64,000 nt of DNA from Candidatus Heimdallarchaeota archaeon (GTDB lineage: Archaea; Asgardarchaeota; Heimdallarchaeia; JABLTI01). Below, in pieces: positions 10,255 to 20,222 of this stretch. Under the pieces are notes generated by a model. It did no database searches, was not told the DNA's origin, and saw only the letters and a program-made list of their open reading frames with translations. Position 1 is the stretch's first letter, and each line of letters begins with the position of its first letter. The DNA lies in contig DXJV01000068.1 in assembly GCA_019056785.1 (NCBI GenBank), positions 81,670 through 145,669 on the forward strand. Reading direction: 5' to 3'. A program made the position numbers and the translations under genes.

Positions 10255-11007
10255 ATGCCCATTGCAAAACAAGTGATGATTCTTACAAAAGAGGGGTTAT
10301 TACTCTTAGATCATAAATTTAGAACCGACGACCATTTTTTTATCGATACAGATTCTGATTTGCTTTCAGGTATGCTTTCAGCCATTCTTTCTGTTGCAAA
10401 AGAAATGACCGGCGGGATCGTACAAACAATTAATCAAGACAAGTACAATGTGCTAGTCAGTGAAGGCGAACATATCTATGTTTTACTTTTTATTGATGAA
10501 GGGAGTAAAGAACTGAATAAAATTGCCAAATTAATTGCGCGTGAATTTGAAAGCAAGTTTAAAGAAGAACTCGAGGAGCTTATTCCTGATCCTTCTGTCT
10601 TTCGCCCCTTTATAACGGAACTTGAAGCAATCTACGCACAATTATTTAGAGTAGATGCCGAGCTTCTCTCGAAACTCATTCCGGAAGTAACTACTATAAT
10701 GAATGTGTCGATTTTCGAGAAGCCTATGAACCATCAAGTCTATTCCGGCCCACGCGATTCCTTTGTCAGCGAGTATGAACACAGCTACAATGAATTTATT
10801 ATCAAATTGATTGAAACACAATCTGACCTCACAGAAAAGACACTCGACTTCCCTAAAAGAGCGATCATTGAATTCATGGACAGGGTAATAATCTTAGAGG
10901 ACTTGGGAACACATGTCTTGACAATCATTGGTAATGATAGAGATGAATTGATTAACAAAGTTAAAAAGATACGAAAAAAGGCCGGCATGGGAATTACTAG
11001 AAAATGA
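10255..11007 (+). CDS. Longin/roadblock-like tandem-domain protein
   Basis: N-terminal VMILTKEGLLL..DSDLLSGMLSAILSVAKEM..IVQTI pattern typical of Asgard longin-like domains; second alpha/beta domain follows. Confidence 0.65.
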   Translation: MPIAKQVMILTKEGLLLLDHKFRTDDHFFIDTDSDLLSGMLSAILSVAKEMTGGIVQTINQDKYNVLVSEGEHIYVLLFIDEGSKELNKIAKLIAREFESKFKEELEELIPDPSVFRPFITELEAIYAQLFRVDAELLSKLIPEVTTIMNVSIFEKPMNHQVYSGPRDSFVSEYEHSYNEFIIKLIETQSDLTEKTLDFPKRAIIEFMDRVIILEDLGTHVLTIIGNDRDELINKVKKIRKKAGMGITRK

Positions 11008-11104
11008 TGCTCTTTTTTCTGAGCAGTAAACTGAAGAGTCACAAAACAGTAACCTTTTAAAAGCTAAAAAAGGAAAAAAGAAAAAAAGAATGGTCGGATG
11101 AATT

Positions 11105-11653
11105 TTGAGAGATAGACTGAAAAAATTGTGGCCTGAAATTAGCTGGATAAAAGATGAGCAGCTAAAAGAAGCTGTTTACCAAACATGGGAAAAAGCACTG
11201 GAGCAGAGCGTTCTGACTCCTGATGACCTGGAAACAATTCCCTTCACCTTACTAATCAAAGATTGTAAAGTAACTTTTATGGAACATAAGCGAGCGGTCG
11301 TACATATCGCTGTGGAATCTGCAAAAGTGATGCAGAAATTCTTCGGTGAGAAATTGCCCATTAATATGGATAAACTCATTGCAGGGGCGATTCTCATTGA
11401 TGTTGGCAAATTAATTGAGTACGTCAAAAAAGATGGAAAAGCCATTGTTGGAAAGATAGGTAAACTCTTGCGGCATCCCTTTACAGGAGTAGCGCTAGCG
11501 ATGAGCTGTGGCGTGCCAGAAGATGTTTGCCATATGATTGCTGCACACTCGAAAGAGGGCGACCTCGGAAAAAGAACCGTGGAAGCAATCATCGTTCATC
11601 ATGCAGACTTTATCAGCTATGAACCATTTAAAGAAGATGTTTTACGATTCTAA
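11105..11653 (+). CDS. HD-superfamily (HDIG-like) phosphohydrolase with ID in place of HD
   Basis: MEH, GAILIDVGK, RHPFTG, IAAHS, VHHAD. Confidence 0.8.
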   Translation: MRDRLKKLWPEISWIKDEQLKEAVYQTWEKALEQSVLTPDDLETIPFTLLIKDCKVTFMEHKRAVVHIAVESAKVMQKFFGEKLPINMDKLIAGAILIDVGKLIEYVKKDGKAIVGKIGKLLRHPFTGVALAMSCGVPEDVCHMIAAHSKEGDLGKRTVEAIIVHHADFISYEPFKEDVLRF

Positions 11654-11706
11654 AAAAACAGTGCAAATCGCAGAAACATTACAGACAAAAGGAGCGGAAA
11701 GAGCCA

Positions 11707-12375
11707 TTACTTGTGGCGCGTCATCCGTTGGATGAACCGCTCAACTCTTTTTCGAGGGAGCCTAACTGGTTTGCGATGTGTGGGAATGGCATAATCCCAA
11801 TCGTAGTCCAAGACAGTTGATAATGTCTGGCGCCAGAGAGAAAAATCATCGTGATATTTTTTAAAGACAGGGTGGAGCAGGCCAAATAAGCGCATGAAAA
11901 GGTCACCGGCAAGAAGAATACGTTCTTCCTCTAAGAGAAGACAAAGATGACCAAAAGTATGCCCTGGGGTGTGAATGGCACGAAGCTTGAGTGTAGCGTC
12001 AACATATTCATCATGCTTGACTGTGCGAGTAATGTGGATAGTGTTACGAGAGGGTTCTGGAAGAAATTCTGAGAAATGTTCAGCAGTATGCTCATGAGCA
12101 ACAAGCGGTATAGAACGACCGCCAAGAGCCGAAAGAAGCGCTGGTAAGCCACCAATATGATCTGGATGGCGGTGCGTAAAAACAATTAGTGAAAGACGAG
12201 TAAGAGCCTCATCGCCAAGGGCAGCAAAGCCATGGAAAAGATGCGTAGCAGAAGGGTCAAGACCAGCATCAACTAAAAGAAGAGACCTATCGGGACGTTC
12301 GAGAACAAAAACAGACTCACTTTTGAGAAGAGAACCAGAAAACGAAACAAGAGTTGGGGAAAAACGGCGAAGCAA
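11707..12375 (-). CDS. Metallo-beta-lactamase fold hydrolase
   Basis: VDAG, THRHPDHIGG, HTPGHTFGH, AGD, PTH. Confidence 0.9.
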   Translation of the reverse strand: MLRRFSPTLVSFSGSLLKSESVFVLERPDRSLLLVDAGLDPSATHLFHGFAALGDEALTRLSLIVFTHRHPDHIGGLPALLSALGGRSIPLVAHEHTAEHFSEFLPEPSRNTIHITRTVKHDEYVDATLKLRAIHTPGHTFGHLCLLLEEERILLAGDLFMRLFGLLHPVFKKYHDDFSLWRQTLSTVLDYDWDYAIPTHRKPVRLPRKRVERFIQRMTRHK

Positions 12376-12635
12376 GAGGGAATCACCAAAGAAGGAGAGA
12401 CCCCAGTCCTAATAAAAATATCGTTGGAAACAAAAAAGGAAAAAGCTGCTTCAAGAAAACCTAATCTAAAAATAACAATGAGAAAATTATTAGATGACTC
12501 TCAAGATAAAAGCCTCTGTTGGCGATCTCTTTCTTCAAATTGTCTTATCTTAAGAATAAATTAATAAAATAATACTAGACAAGAGTCTTAGATAATAATG
12601 GTAATCTCATTTGGAATTCAATGTTAAGTCATTTA

Positions 12636-13361
12636 ATGGCGTAAAATCTATTGCTAGATAACAATCTGGTTATCGTTAGAAATCAAGATCCTTTGAATTT
12701 GGTGAATCTCGAGTTTTTGCTCTTAATGGTGTAGATATGGAGGTAAAAAAAAGGAGAGTTTGTGGTTATTCTTGGACCAAGTGGTGTAGGTAAAACAACT
12801 CTTCTAAACATGATTGGGGGTATTGATCTTCCAACGGAAGGGGAAGTTATTGTTGATGATGAACTAATAACTAGTTATAACCTCGAGGCGCTAAATGCTT
12901 ATAGAAGGAATGATGTGGAGTAGGTGTTTCAATTCTTTAATATTGTAGCAAGCCTTCGCGCCTGGGAAAATGTGGGGCTTGCTTTGGAGTTTCAAGGAAA
13001 ATTGAAGCAAGCAGAAATAAAAGAACAAGCGTTTAAAATTCTGAAAAAAGTAGGATTAGAAGGAAAAGAAGACCGCTTCCCTAGCCAATTGTCTGGGGGG
13101 GAACAACAACGAGTAGCAATTGCTCGAGCGTTAATCAAGAAGCCAAAGATTGTGGTGGCTGACGAACCCACCGGCAACCTCGACTACTTAACCGGGCAGA
13201 GCGTTGCAGAATTAATGCGGGATCTTAATCGGCAAGAAGGGGTAACCTTTATTGTGGTTTCTCATGATTCAAACATCACAAAGTATGCAGATAGAGTTTT
13301 TCATCTTCGCATGGGTAAAATTGAGAGAATTGATGACCAATCGCAAAAAAATACCCCCTAA
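12636..13361 (+). pseudogene. Disrupted ABC transporter ATP-binding protein (LolD/MacB-like)
   Basis: Walker A GPSGVGKT at 12774 is in frame with the 12924 ORF ([17 protein letters not shown]) across TAG 12921-12923; frameshift in the A8 run 12745-12752; early TAA 12642; no permease nearby. Confidence 0.85.
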
Positions 13362-13423
13362 GTCTGAGGGATAACCATACGGATTATAGTGCTTTTTCTC
13401 GTTCTTTCTTCTCTCTCCTTTTT

Positions 13424-14518
13424 CTATCGCCAATAAAAGTACATTGTTTTTGCTTTTTTCGGGAGTTCTATCCCAGACCAGTTAAAAAGATCGATCCCCA
13501 ATTTTTTCTTAAAGAAAATGAAATTTGCTTTCACAAAAGGTTTGGCATTAAAATAAGGGATGTATGGTGTTTGCAAGCCTTTCCAACCTCTTTTAACTGC
13601 CTCTTGGGAGAGGAAGTTTGCCAGATCTCTTATCTCTTTTTTCCTCAATTTATAAACATGTGCACTATCTAACCAGCCAAAGGGTATCTTTTTGCCAAAT
13701 CCCGCAAGTAGAAATTCCCATGCAAGGATATAGCCATCAACTTGACCATCTGTGTTTTCATGGATAACACAAAGAACATTCGGATTACCCAGCATCCATT
13801 TTAGAACTTCTTTCTCAGGAATAATAGAAATGTCAGCACGCGCCACAAGCTCTTTTGTTAGGTTAAAGATTTCCTCAAAATCGTCAGGTTGGTAAAGTCG
13901 GAACACTGGCGAGTGCACCGGCTTGATTTTCTCTTTCAATTTAAAAACTAATTTTTCATACCATTTGACTTTCACTACTTGTGCGGCTGCTTCTGTGTCA
14001 AAAATACGAATCACATATTTATTTAAAGAAACTAATCGCATAAGGGGGATGTTTGTCTCTCGTGCTACAGATTGTGAAGTATCTATTCCGTGTTGTTCGG
14101 GCTCATGAAAGGAAAAACCAGCTTCATAACCTGCTTGTTGCCCAAGCTCCAGCATTTTTTCCCCCATTGTTTTAGCCAAACCTTGCTTTTGATGTTTGGG
14201 GTGAACACAAAGCCAGGAGGGAATTGCGCTTTTGTAAACTTTCCCGTCAATTGAAAGGTTCTTATTAATCGTTCCTAAAAAACCAACTATTTCATTAGTT
14301 GGCTTATAAATTGCTCGTACAAAGAGTTCGCGATTAATGCTGGGCGCACCAAACATTATTCGAAAGGTTGGTTCATTAAAAACAATAGTCGCGCCTTCTT
14401 GTTGGGCGGCTTCATCAGCAAGAAAAGCAGCTGTAATTAGCTCTACAAACCGACCAAAGTCTTTCTCTTCTAATGTAAATTGCTCAATTTTGTAATTCTC
14501 GCTTGTTTCTACTGCCAT
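13424..14518 (-). CDS. Tandem GNAT acyltransferase, N-myristoyltransferase-like
   Basis: IVGFLGTI..WLCVHPKHQKQGLA in the first GNAT; FRLYQPDD, HENTDGQVDGY, EAVKRGW, LFNW in the second. Confidence 0.7.
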   Translation of the reverse strand: MAVETSENYKIEQFTLEEKDFGRFVELITAAFLADEAAQQEGATIVFNEPTFRIMFGAPSINRELFVRAIYKPTNEIVGFLGTINKNLSIDGKVYKSAIPSWLCVHPKHQKQGLAKTMGEKMLELGQQAGYEAGFSFHEPEQHGIDTSQSVARETNIPLMRLVSLNKYVIRIFDTEAAAQVVKVKWYEKLVFKLKEKIKPVHSPVFRLYQPDDFEEIFNLTKELVARADISIIPEKEVLKWMLGNPNVLCVIHENTDGQVDGYILAWEFLLAGFGKKIPFGWLDSAHVYKLRKKEIRDLANFLSQEAVKRGWKGLQTPYIPYFNAKPFVKANFIFFKKKLGIDLFNWSGIELPKKAKTMYFYWR

Positions 14519-14689
14519 ATTGATTGTCTCCTAAAAAAAATAACTTGCCAAAGTTAATTGTTCTGTAGATTCAGCGTTAATAAACTTTTTTTGCTGCCTT
14601 TTAATCCCACTTTGTCTCTAGTAATTGCTCAAATTTCTCCCATGTAATTGAAAGGCATTCCCCTTCTAGGTTTTTAAACAGAGGTTCTT

Positions 14690-15421
14690 CTATGGCAGAA
14701 AATTAGCAAATGATTGTTGCCGTTGTTGAAATAACTCATTCTCAAAATATCTTTCAAGATTTTCTCTTCTACGTAAGATTGTTTGGAGTTTTTCATTGGG
14801 GTGACTATGCTGTTGCAAAATTTCAGCAAATATTCGTAAAATATCTCCTTTTATCCCTACAGCTCCATGAATAGTAAACCCTTGTTTGCTCAACTTTGCT
14901 ACTATTTCACTATTTGCCGCAAGGGAAATGACCTTGGGATTTAGTGAAGGGCTAAACGCAACAGTTAGTGTGTTTACCTTTGTTTGCCAATTTGGAAGTG
15001 CTTCTAGATAATCTTTACCTAATGCAAGATAAATCAAGTCATAGTTTTTTGTTCGAATGATCTTCGAAAAATCGCTCTCAATTTCCAGTTGGTTTGCTCG
15101 TGTTCTTATCATTTGCTTCCCCATTTTCGTGAAAGAGCAGTCATACACCGGAATAATCTCTTCTTCTTCTACAAACCCAAAGCCTGCCGAGAGGATGTAA
15201 AAGTCCACTTCTGCCAGGCGCCTTAGAATGGTAATTGCTTTCAAGATATTTTTATGTTGTGCCCCCAAATACATTTCCCGTGCTTTACAAGAGCCTTCCG
15301 GTAATTTTTGGCGGAATCGTTCTTTGTCGCTTTTCGTTGTGAGGTCCTTACAGGTCGGTTGTTTGCTGTGTTTAATTGCTTTTGTTTTGGTACATGAACT
15401 GATTACTAATATCTTGACCAT
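14690..15421 (-). CDS. YaaA/DUF6884-like protein
   Basis: ISSCTKTK, AREMYLG, YILSAGFGFV, IPVYD, LGKDY. Confidence 0.6.
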   Translation of the reverse strand: MVKILVISSCTKTKAIKHSKQPTCKDLTTKSDKERFRQKLPEGSCKAREMYLGAQHKNILKAITILRRLAEVDFYILSAGFGFVEEEEIIPVYDCSFTKMGKQMIRTRANQLEIESDFSKIIRTKNYDLIYLALGKDYLEALPNWQTKVNTLTVAFSPSLNPKVISLAANSEIVAKLSKQGFTIHGAVGIKGDILRIFAEILQQHSHPNEKLQTILRRRENLERYFENELFQQRQQSFANFLP

Positions 15422-15473
15422 TTTTCTTCCCAGTATCTAATTCAGGTTTCTCAAAGCCAAAGGCTGCCTTTTT

Positions 15474-16394
15474 TTAATAGTCTTTGAATAGTCCTTTTAC
15501 ACTTAAATATCTTTGACCCGAGTCTGCTAAAATCACTACCAGAGATTTACCTTTAAATTCCTCTCTTTTAAGAAGCCGTTCAGCCGCATGACAAACCGCG
15601 CCAGAGCTGATACCAACAAGTAAGCCTTCTTTTACTGCCAGGCGTCTACACATAGCAAATGCTTCTTCCTCCTCCACCAAGAAAATCTCATCGATAAGGT
15701 CTCTCTCGAGTGTCTCCGGAACAAACCCTGGAGCAGTGCCCATAATTCGATGGGGCTTAAAAATCCCTTTTGAAATATACGGTGCTTGTGCCGGTTCGAT
15801 CGCGATTAATTTCACACTTGCCTTTTGCTCTTTCAGATATTTTCCTGCGCCACAAATTGTTCCACCGGTTCCTAAACCAGCAATTAGCACATCTATATTG
15901 CCTTCTAAATCGCGCTAAATCTCTGGTCCGGTTGTGAGGTAATGGGCTTTGGGGTTTGATGGTCTCACATGCTGACCGACATAAAAATAGTCGGGATGGT
16001 TTGTGAGTAAGTCTTTCAATTTTTCGCGAGCGCCCTTTGTTCCAAGTTCCGCGGGCGTAAGAATTATCTGTGCACCAAAGGCTCGCATGATCTGTCGTCG
16101 CTCAACACTTTGAATTTCAGACATCACAAGGATAGCTTTGTAACCTTTGACTGCTGAGATGAATGAAACAGCTATTCCTGTATTTCCACTTGTACATTCA
16201 ATTACTGTGTCTCCTGGTTTTAATTCCCCTTCTTTTTCGGCGTCCTCAAAAATCTGTAAGATGGCCCTGTCCTTAACACTCATCGGATTTATAAATTCGC
16301 ATTTAGCAAAAACTGTTGCTTTGGGAAAAAGACGCCCCAATCTTATGAGTGGCGTTTTTCCAATCAATTCTGTAATATCATTAGCAATGTGCAT
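15474..16394 (-). pseudogene. cysK: Cysteine synthase with a single in-frame TAG
   Basis: IGKTPL, SVKDR, TSGNTG, TGPEI*RDLEG, GLGTGGT, GISSG, DSGQRYLS; TAG at 15915-15917 occupies the conserved Trp of TGPEIW; both halves are in frame (921 nt). Confidence 0.9.
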
Positions 16395-16412
16395 CTTTTA
16401 AAGCCCTTCATC

Positions 16413-17939
16413 TCACAAATAATCTACTTTCACGCCCAGCTTCTCAAGTTTTTCCATAATAGCTGGTAATCGTTTTAGAAATCGCTTATAGTTTTTTTGT
16501 GCCTCCGGTGTCCAAGCTGTTTCAGCATATGCAAGAAGGCGTGGGAAAACTTGATAATAAAGGCGTTTCTGGTTTGGTACGCGTTCTGTCCATAAAGGAG
16601 CTTCAATTCCGAGAATATTTGTAACATATTCTTCCTCGAGTTTAGCAGGCACGGGATCAAATTCATAGGCTTTCTTTAAAGAAATTAACGTATATGGATA
16701 ATCTAGGTAAGTGGATAGCATCTCTGACGAAACAACCTTCCCACCTCTTCTAAGAAACTTCATCACTTCTTCTTTGTTCCCAAACCAATGCTGGCATAAA
16801 ACATCCTCCGGTATTTTAGGATGAATGATCTGCGACCAGCCCATCAACTGTCGGTCATTTTTCTTTAAAAATTTTGCAAAGTAATTAGTCATGAAAGGTT
16901 GTAAGTCATCAACCCCCTCAAGCCCTTCCTCCTGAATTTTCTTTTGACAAGCAGGGCAGTTTTTCCAGTTGGCTGTTAGGACTTCATCCCCACCAATATG
17001 AACTTGTTTGGCCGGAAATAAGCTCATAATTTCCTGCAAAACATTTTCTAGAAAAGTATAGGTCTCTTTTTCCCCAGCGCAGTAAATGTTCTTGAAAATC
17101 CCCCATCGTATTGGCACTCTACTCTGTGTTTTTTTACAACTTAATTTGGGGTAAGCAGCAATCGCTGCGGATGAATGGCCCGGGATTTCGATCTCAGGAA
17201 TGATGTCAATGAAGCGTTCTTGTCCAAAGGCTACAATTTCTTGAATGTCTTCTTGAGAATAATGCCCTCCATACACTTCTGGTTCTACTTCTAATGATTG
17301 TTCTCCTCGCTTTCCGAGTACCTTTCTTCGAGAGCCAATTTCCACGAGTTTAGGGTAACGTTTGATTTCAATTCGCCATCCTTGATCGTCAACAAGATGC
17401 CAGTGAAACTTGTTTAGCTTTAAAAACGCCATTATCTCGAGTAAACGCTTGACAACCTCTTTCCCCATGAAATGCCTTGCCTCGTCCAGCATGAAGCCGC
17501 GCCAGCTAAAGCGGGGATAGTCTCGAATGATCACTTTAGGAAGGACCCAGAAACCATCTTTTTCGCTCATTAATTGTCGAAGGGTTTGGATCCCATAAAA
17601 AATGCCTTGGGGTGTAGGACTACTTATATGTATCACGTTGGACACGTTGTTGATCACATAACCGTCCTCAGGTAAATAGGGGTCATCATTTCTCTCAAGA
17701 ACAATTTGTTGTCGACTTTTTCGAGCATTTGTAATTGTAGTTTCTATTTTAAAATGCTCTGTGAAAATTTCTTGTAAATACTTGGTCATTTTATCAAATT
17801 GCTTCTCAGCAAAGATTTCTACATCGTCATCCACTGTGTGGAGTCCAACTGTTTGATTGACAACAACTGGTTTGGGTATTAACGGTAAAAGGGTTCTCGG
17901 GGACTCGTTCATAAAAATTCGGTTTGTCTTATGAATCAA
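16413..17939 (-). CDS. Beta-N-acetylhexosaminidase (GH20)
   Basis: DYPRFSWRGFMLDEARHF, FHWHLVDDQGWR, PEIEIPGH, HIGGDE, LWTE. Confidence 0.95.
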   Translation of the reverse strand: MIHKTNRIFMNESPRTLLPLIPKPVVVNQTVGLHTVDDDVEIFAEKQFDKMTKYLQEIFTEHFKIETTITNARKSRQQIVLERNDDPYLPEDGYVINNVSNVIHISSPTPQGIFYGIQTLRQLMSEKDGFWVLPKVIIRDYPRFSWRGFMLDEARHFMGKEVVKRLLEIMAFLKLNKFHWHLVDDQGWRIEIKRYPKLVEIGSRRKVLGKRGEQSLEVEPEVYGGHYSQEDIQEIVAFGQERFIDIIPEIEIPGHSSAAIAAYPKLSCKKTQSRVPIRWGIFKNIYCAGEKETYTFLENVLQEIMSLFPAKQVHIGGDEVLTANWKNCPACQKKIQEEGLEGVDDLQPFMTNYFAKFLKKNDRQLMGWSQIIHPKIPEDVLCQHWFGNKEEVMKFLRRGGKVVSSEMLSTYLDYPYTLISLKKAYEFDPVPAKLEEEYVTNILGIEAPLWTERVPNQKRLYYQVFPRLLAYAETAWTPEAQKNYKRFLKRLPAIMEKLEKLGVKVDYL

Positions 17940-17993
17940 AAATTTTTCTTAGTAGAACATTAAAGAATCACATTGAAATTCACTCTTGCAAGT

Positions 17994-18905
17994 TTAAATG
18001 ATGTTGACTAATAATACCAGGCCAAGACAGTCAAACCCCATAAATACTGTAAAAAGATTAAAGACAAAGGTATCGGTTTTCCAGCGCTTTTTCCAAAGCA
18101 CAAATATGGCAAAGGCTCCTAAAATTGCAGAGAGACTGATAATTACAGCATATAAAATCAGATTAAATTCATAGAGGAAGACCAATCCAATTAATAACAA
18201 TTCCGCCAAAAAAGTGAATACTAGGTAAACTATTGTTGCTGTTCGTTCACCGAAAATTGTTGAGAAATTCCGGTATTGATATTGCTTATCAAGCTGATAG
18301 TCCGGCAACTCGTTTGAAATATGTATTAATAGCCCAATAAAAACCATCATAGGGATATATCATAAATATTTGAGTTTAAAATTCTCAAAGCTGAGCCAGA
18401 CCAATCTGGGGACAAGTGGGAAGTCTATCAAAAACGGAAGAAAACTAAAAACAGTTTCTTTTAGGTACACATTGTAAAGCATACAAATAATGTTAGCTGC
18501 CTGGAGATATAAAACGATCCAAAAACCAACGCGCACGAAGAGCGCCAGGACAAAAGAAAGACATGTAAAAAAATCACATAATAACTAACAGCCGCCCAAA
18601 AAGCAACTCGAGGTGAGACTCAGCCAAGAGCAATAACCTTTTGTTTTCCAAAAACACTGTCCTTTTCTCTATCAATATAGTCGTTCTGTGTGCCAATGAA
18701 TGCTTGCTGGAAAAAAACCGTTATAGTAGTGAAGGCCCCATACGGCTTAAATCCATCAAGCACAAAAAAAAGTAAGAACCGCCGTTATAAAAGTGACAAA
18801 AAACACCGGCAGTACATGAATCAAACGGATGATGCCAAAAAAGCGTTGAACTACTGTGATGTTTGTGTTAGAGTTGTTTGCTTCCAAAGCAACCTCATCA
18901 GTCAT
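17994..18905 (-). pseudogene. Disrupted UbiA-family prenyltransferase
   Basis: Manual translation MTDEVALE..IRLIHVLP..QNDYIDREKD (NDxxDxxxD) and NELPDYQLD; TGA at 18620-18622 and 18360-18362; frameshift in a homopolymer near 18770. Confidence 0.8.
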
Positions 18906-18938
18906 TGCTTATTCTCATGATTTTTATTAGTCCATTTT

Positions 18939-19442
18939 TCATTGCCATTTCATTCGTTTACAGTCCCACTCCCGTAGCATCCTGCCTAATTCGCCTAAAT
19001 GATGTGCGGTATGTCGTAAAAGGTAAAGAAGCTTTTCAAAAATGGAACTAAACCATTTAAAACCATCTTTTTCTAATAACTGCTCAAACGACAATGTTTT
19101 CAAATATGTTGAGACTTTCTCTTCCATTTCTTTAAGGTAGTTTTCTAATTGCTCTTTTGTCGGGTAGTCTTTTGCCTTATTTTCTCTTCCTTTCGGTTCC
19201 AGCAATTTATTCCAAACCATGCCTTCCGGGGAATTTCGAATGTAAAATTCTTGTGTTTCAAGGATGTGATAAACAGTCTTCGAATAACTCCAATCGTTCT
19301 CAGTTCGATACCAATACTTGTCCGGGACATTTTCAATTGCTTTCCGAAGCATTTTCCACGTACTTGTAAATTGTGCAAGAAGCCCACTATTAAGCCAAAT
19401 TGCTTGTTTTTGAGGAAGATCCAAAATGAAACACCTCTGCAT
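18939..19442 (-). CDS. DinB/YfiT-like protein
   Basis: W..SYSKTVYHI and LRHTAHHLGEL metal-binding histidines. Confidence 0.85.
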   Translation of the reverse strand: MQRCFILDLPQKQAIWLNSGLLAQFTSTWKMLRKAIENVPDKYWYRTENDWSYSKTVYHILETQEFYIRNSPEGMVWNKLLEPKGRENKAKDYPTKEQLENYLKEMEEKVSTYLKTLSFEQLLEKDGFKWFSSIFEKLLYLLRHTAHHLGELGRMLREWDCKRMKWQ

Positions 19443-19596
19443 AATTGAGGGTTTTCTCGATTTTAAGCTTTTGTCCTTATTTTTTAGGCGTCATAACTAA
19501 CTCTTGACAGAAAGAAAGAGAATCACTATCTAGAAAAGTTTTTTAACGTCTTAACCAACAGTTAATTACCGAAAGAAATTTTCTCTTTTTGCAACG

Positions 19597-20130
19597 GTGA
19601 GGCTCTTGGCAGATAAAACGTCGCTTAAAAAAAGTCAGAAAGAAGTTAAGCAATATTTAAAGGATTTGAGAAGTGACGATCTGTCGGTGCGGGCAAATGC
19701 TGCATATATGCTGGGTGTTTTGGGGAAAAATGACAAAAGTGTTAAGCGCTCTTTAACTAAAGCCTTGAAAGACCCAAGTTGGGAGGTTCGAAAATGGGCG
19801 GCTCTTTCATTGGGAGAAATTGGTGACAGAGAAAGCACCCTCATCCCTACACTTATTGAAATACTTAAACGAGATGATAGCACAGAATTCAAATCTCATG
19901 CAGCGGTTATTTTGGGCGAGCTTGAAAAACGCGCAGCTTCGGCAATCCCGGCTTTACATCAGGCGCTACAAGATGAAAATAAGCGGGTGCGTGATTGGGC
20001 AATATGGGCTCTGCAGAAAATTTCAGGAGAAAAACCCAAGTATCGACAACAATTTGAGCTTGAGCGACCGAAATTAAGTGAGCGACTTCGATTTGAAAAG
20101 CCAAAGCCGAAACAAAAAATCGTAAAGTAG
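19597..20130 (+). CDS. HEAT/PBS-lyase repeat protein
   Basis: Repeats VRANAAYMLG, VRKWAALSLG, FKSHAAVILG, VRDWAIWAL. Confidence 0.9.
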   Translation: MRLLADKTSLKKSQKEVKQYLKDLRSDDLSVRANAAYMLGVLGKNDKSVKRSLTKALKDPSWEVRKWAALSLGEIGDRESTLIPTLIEILKRDDSTEFKSHAAVILGELEKRAASAIPALHQALQDENKRVRDWAIWALQKISGEKPKYRQQFELERPKLSERLRFEKPKPKQKIVK

Positions 20131-20222
20131 CTGCTATTTTTTCCTTTACGAAAATTCACCCAAGAAAATCTAGAGTAATGTTCTTTTTTTATTAAAGAAA
20201 AAGACGCTGGGCGCCCAAGCAG

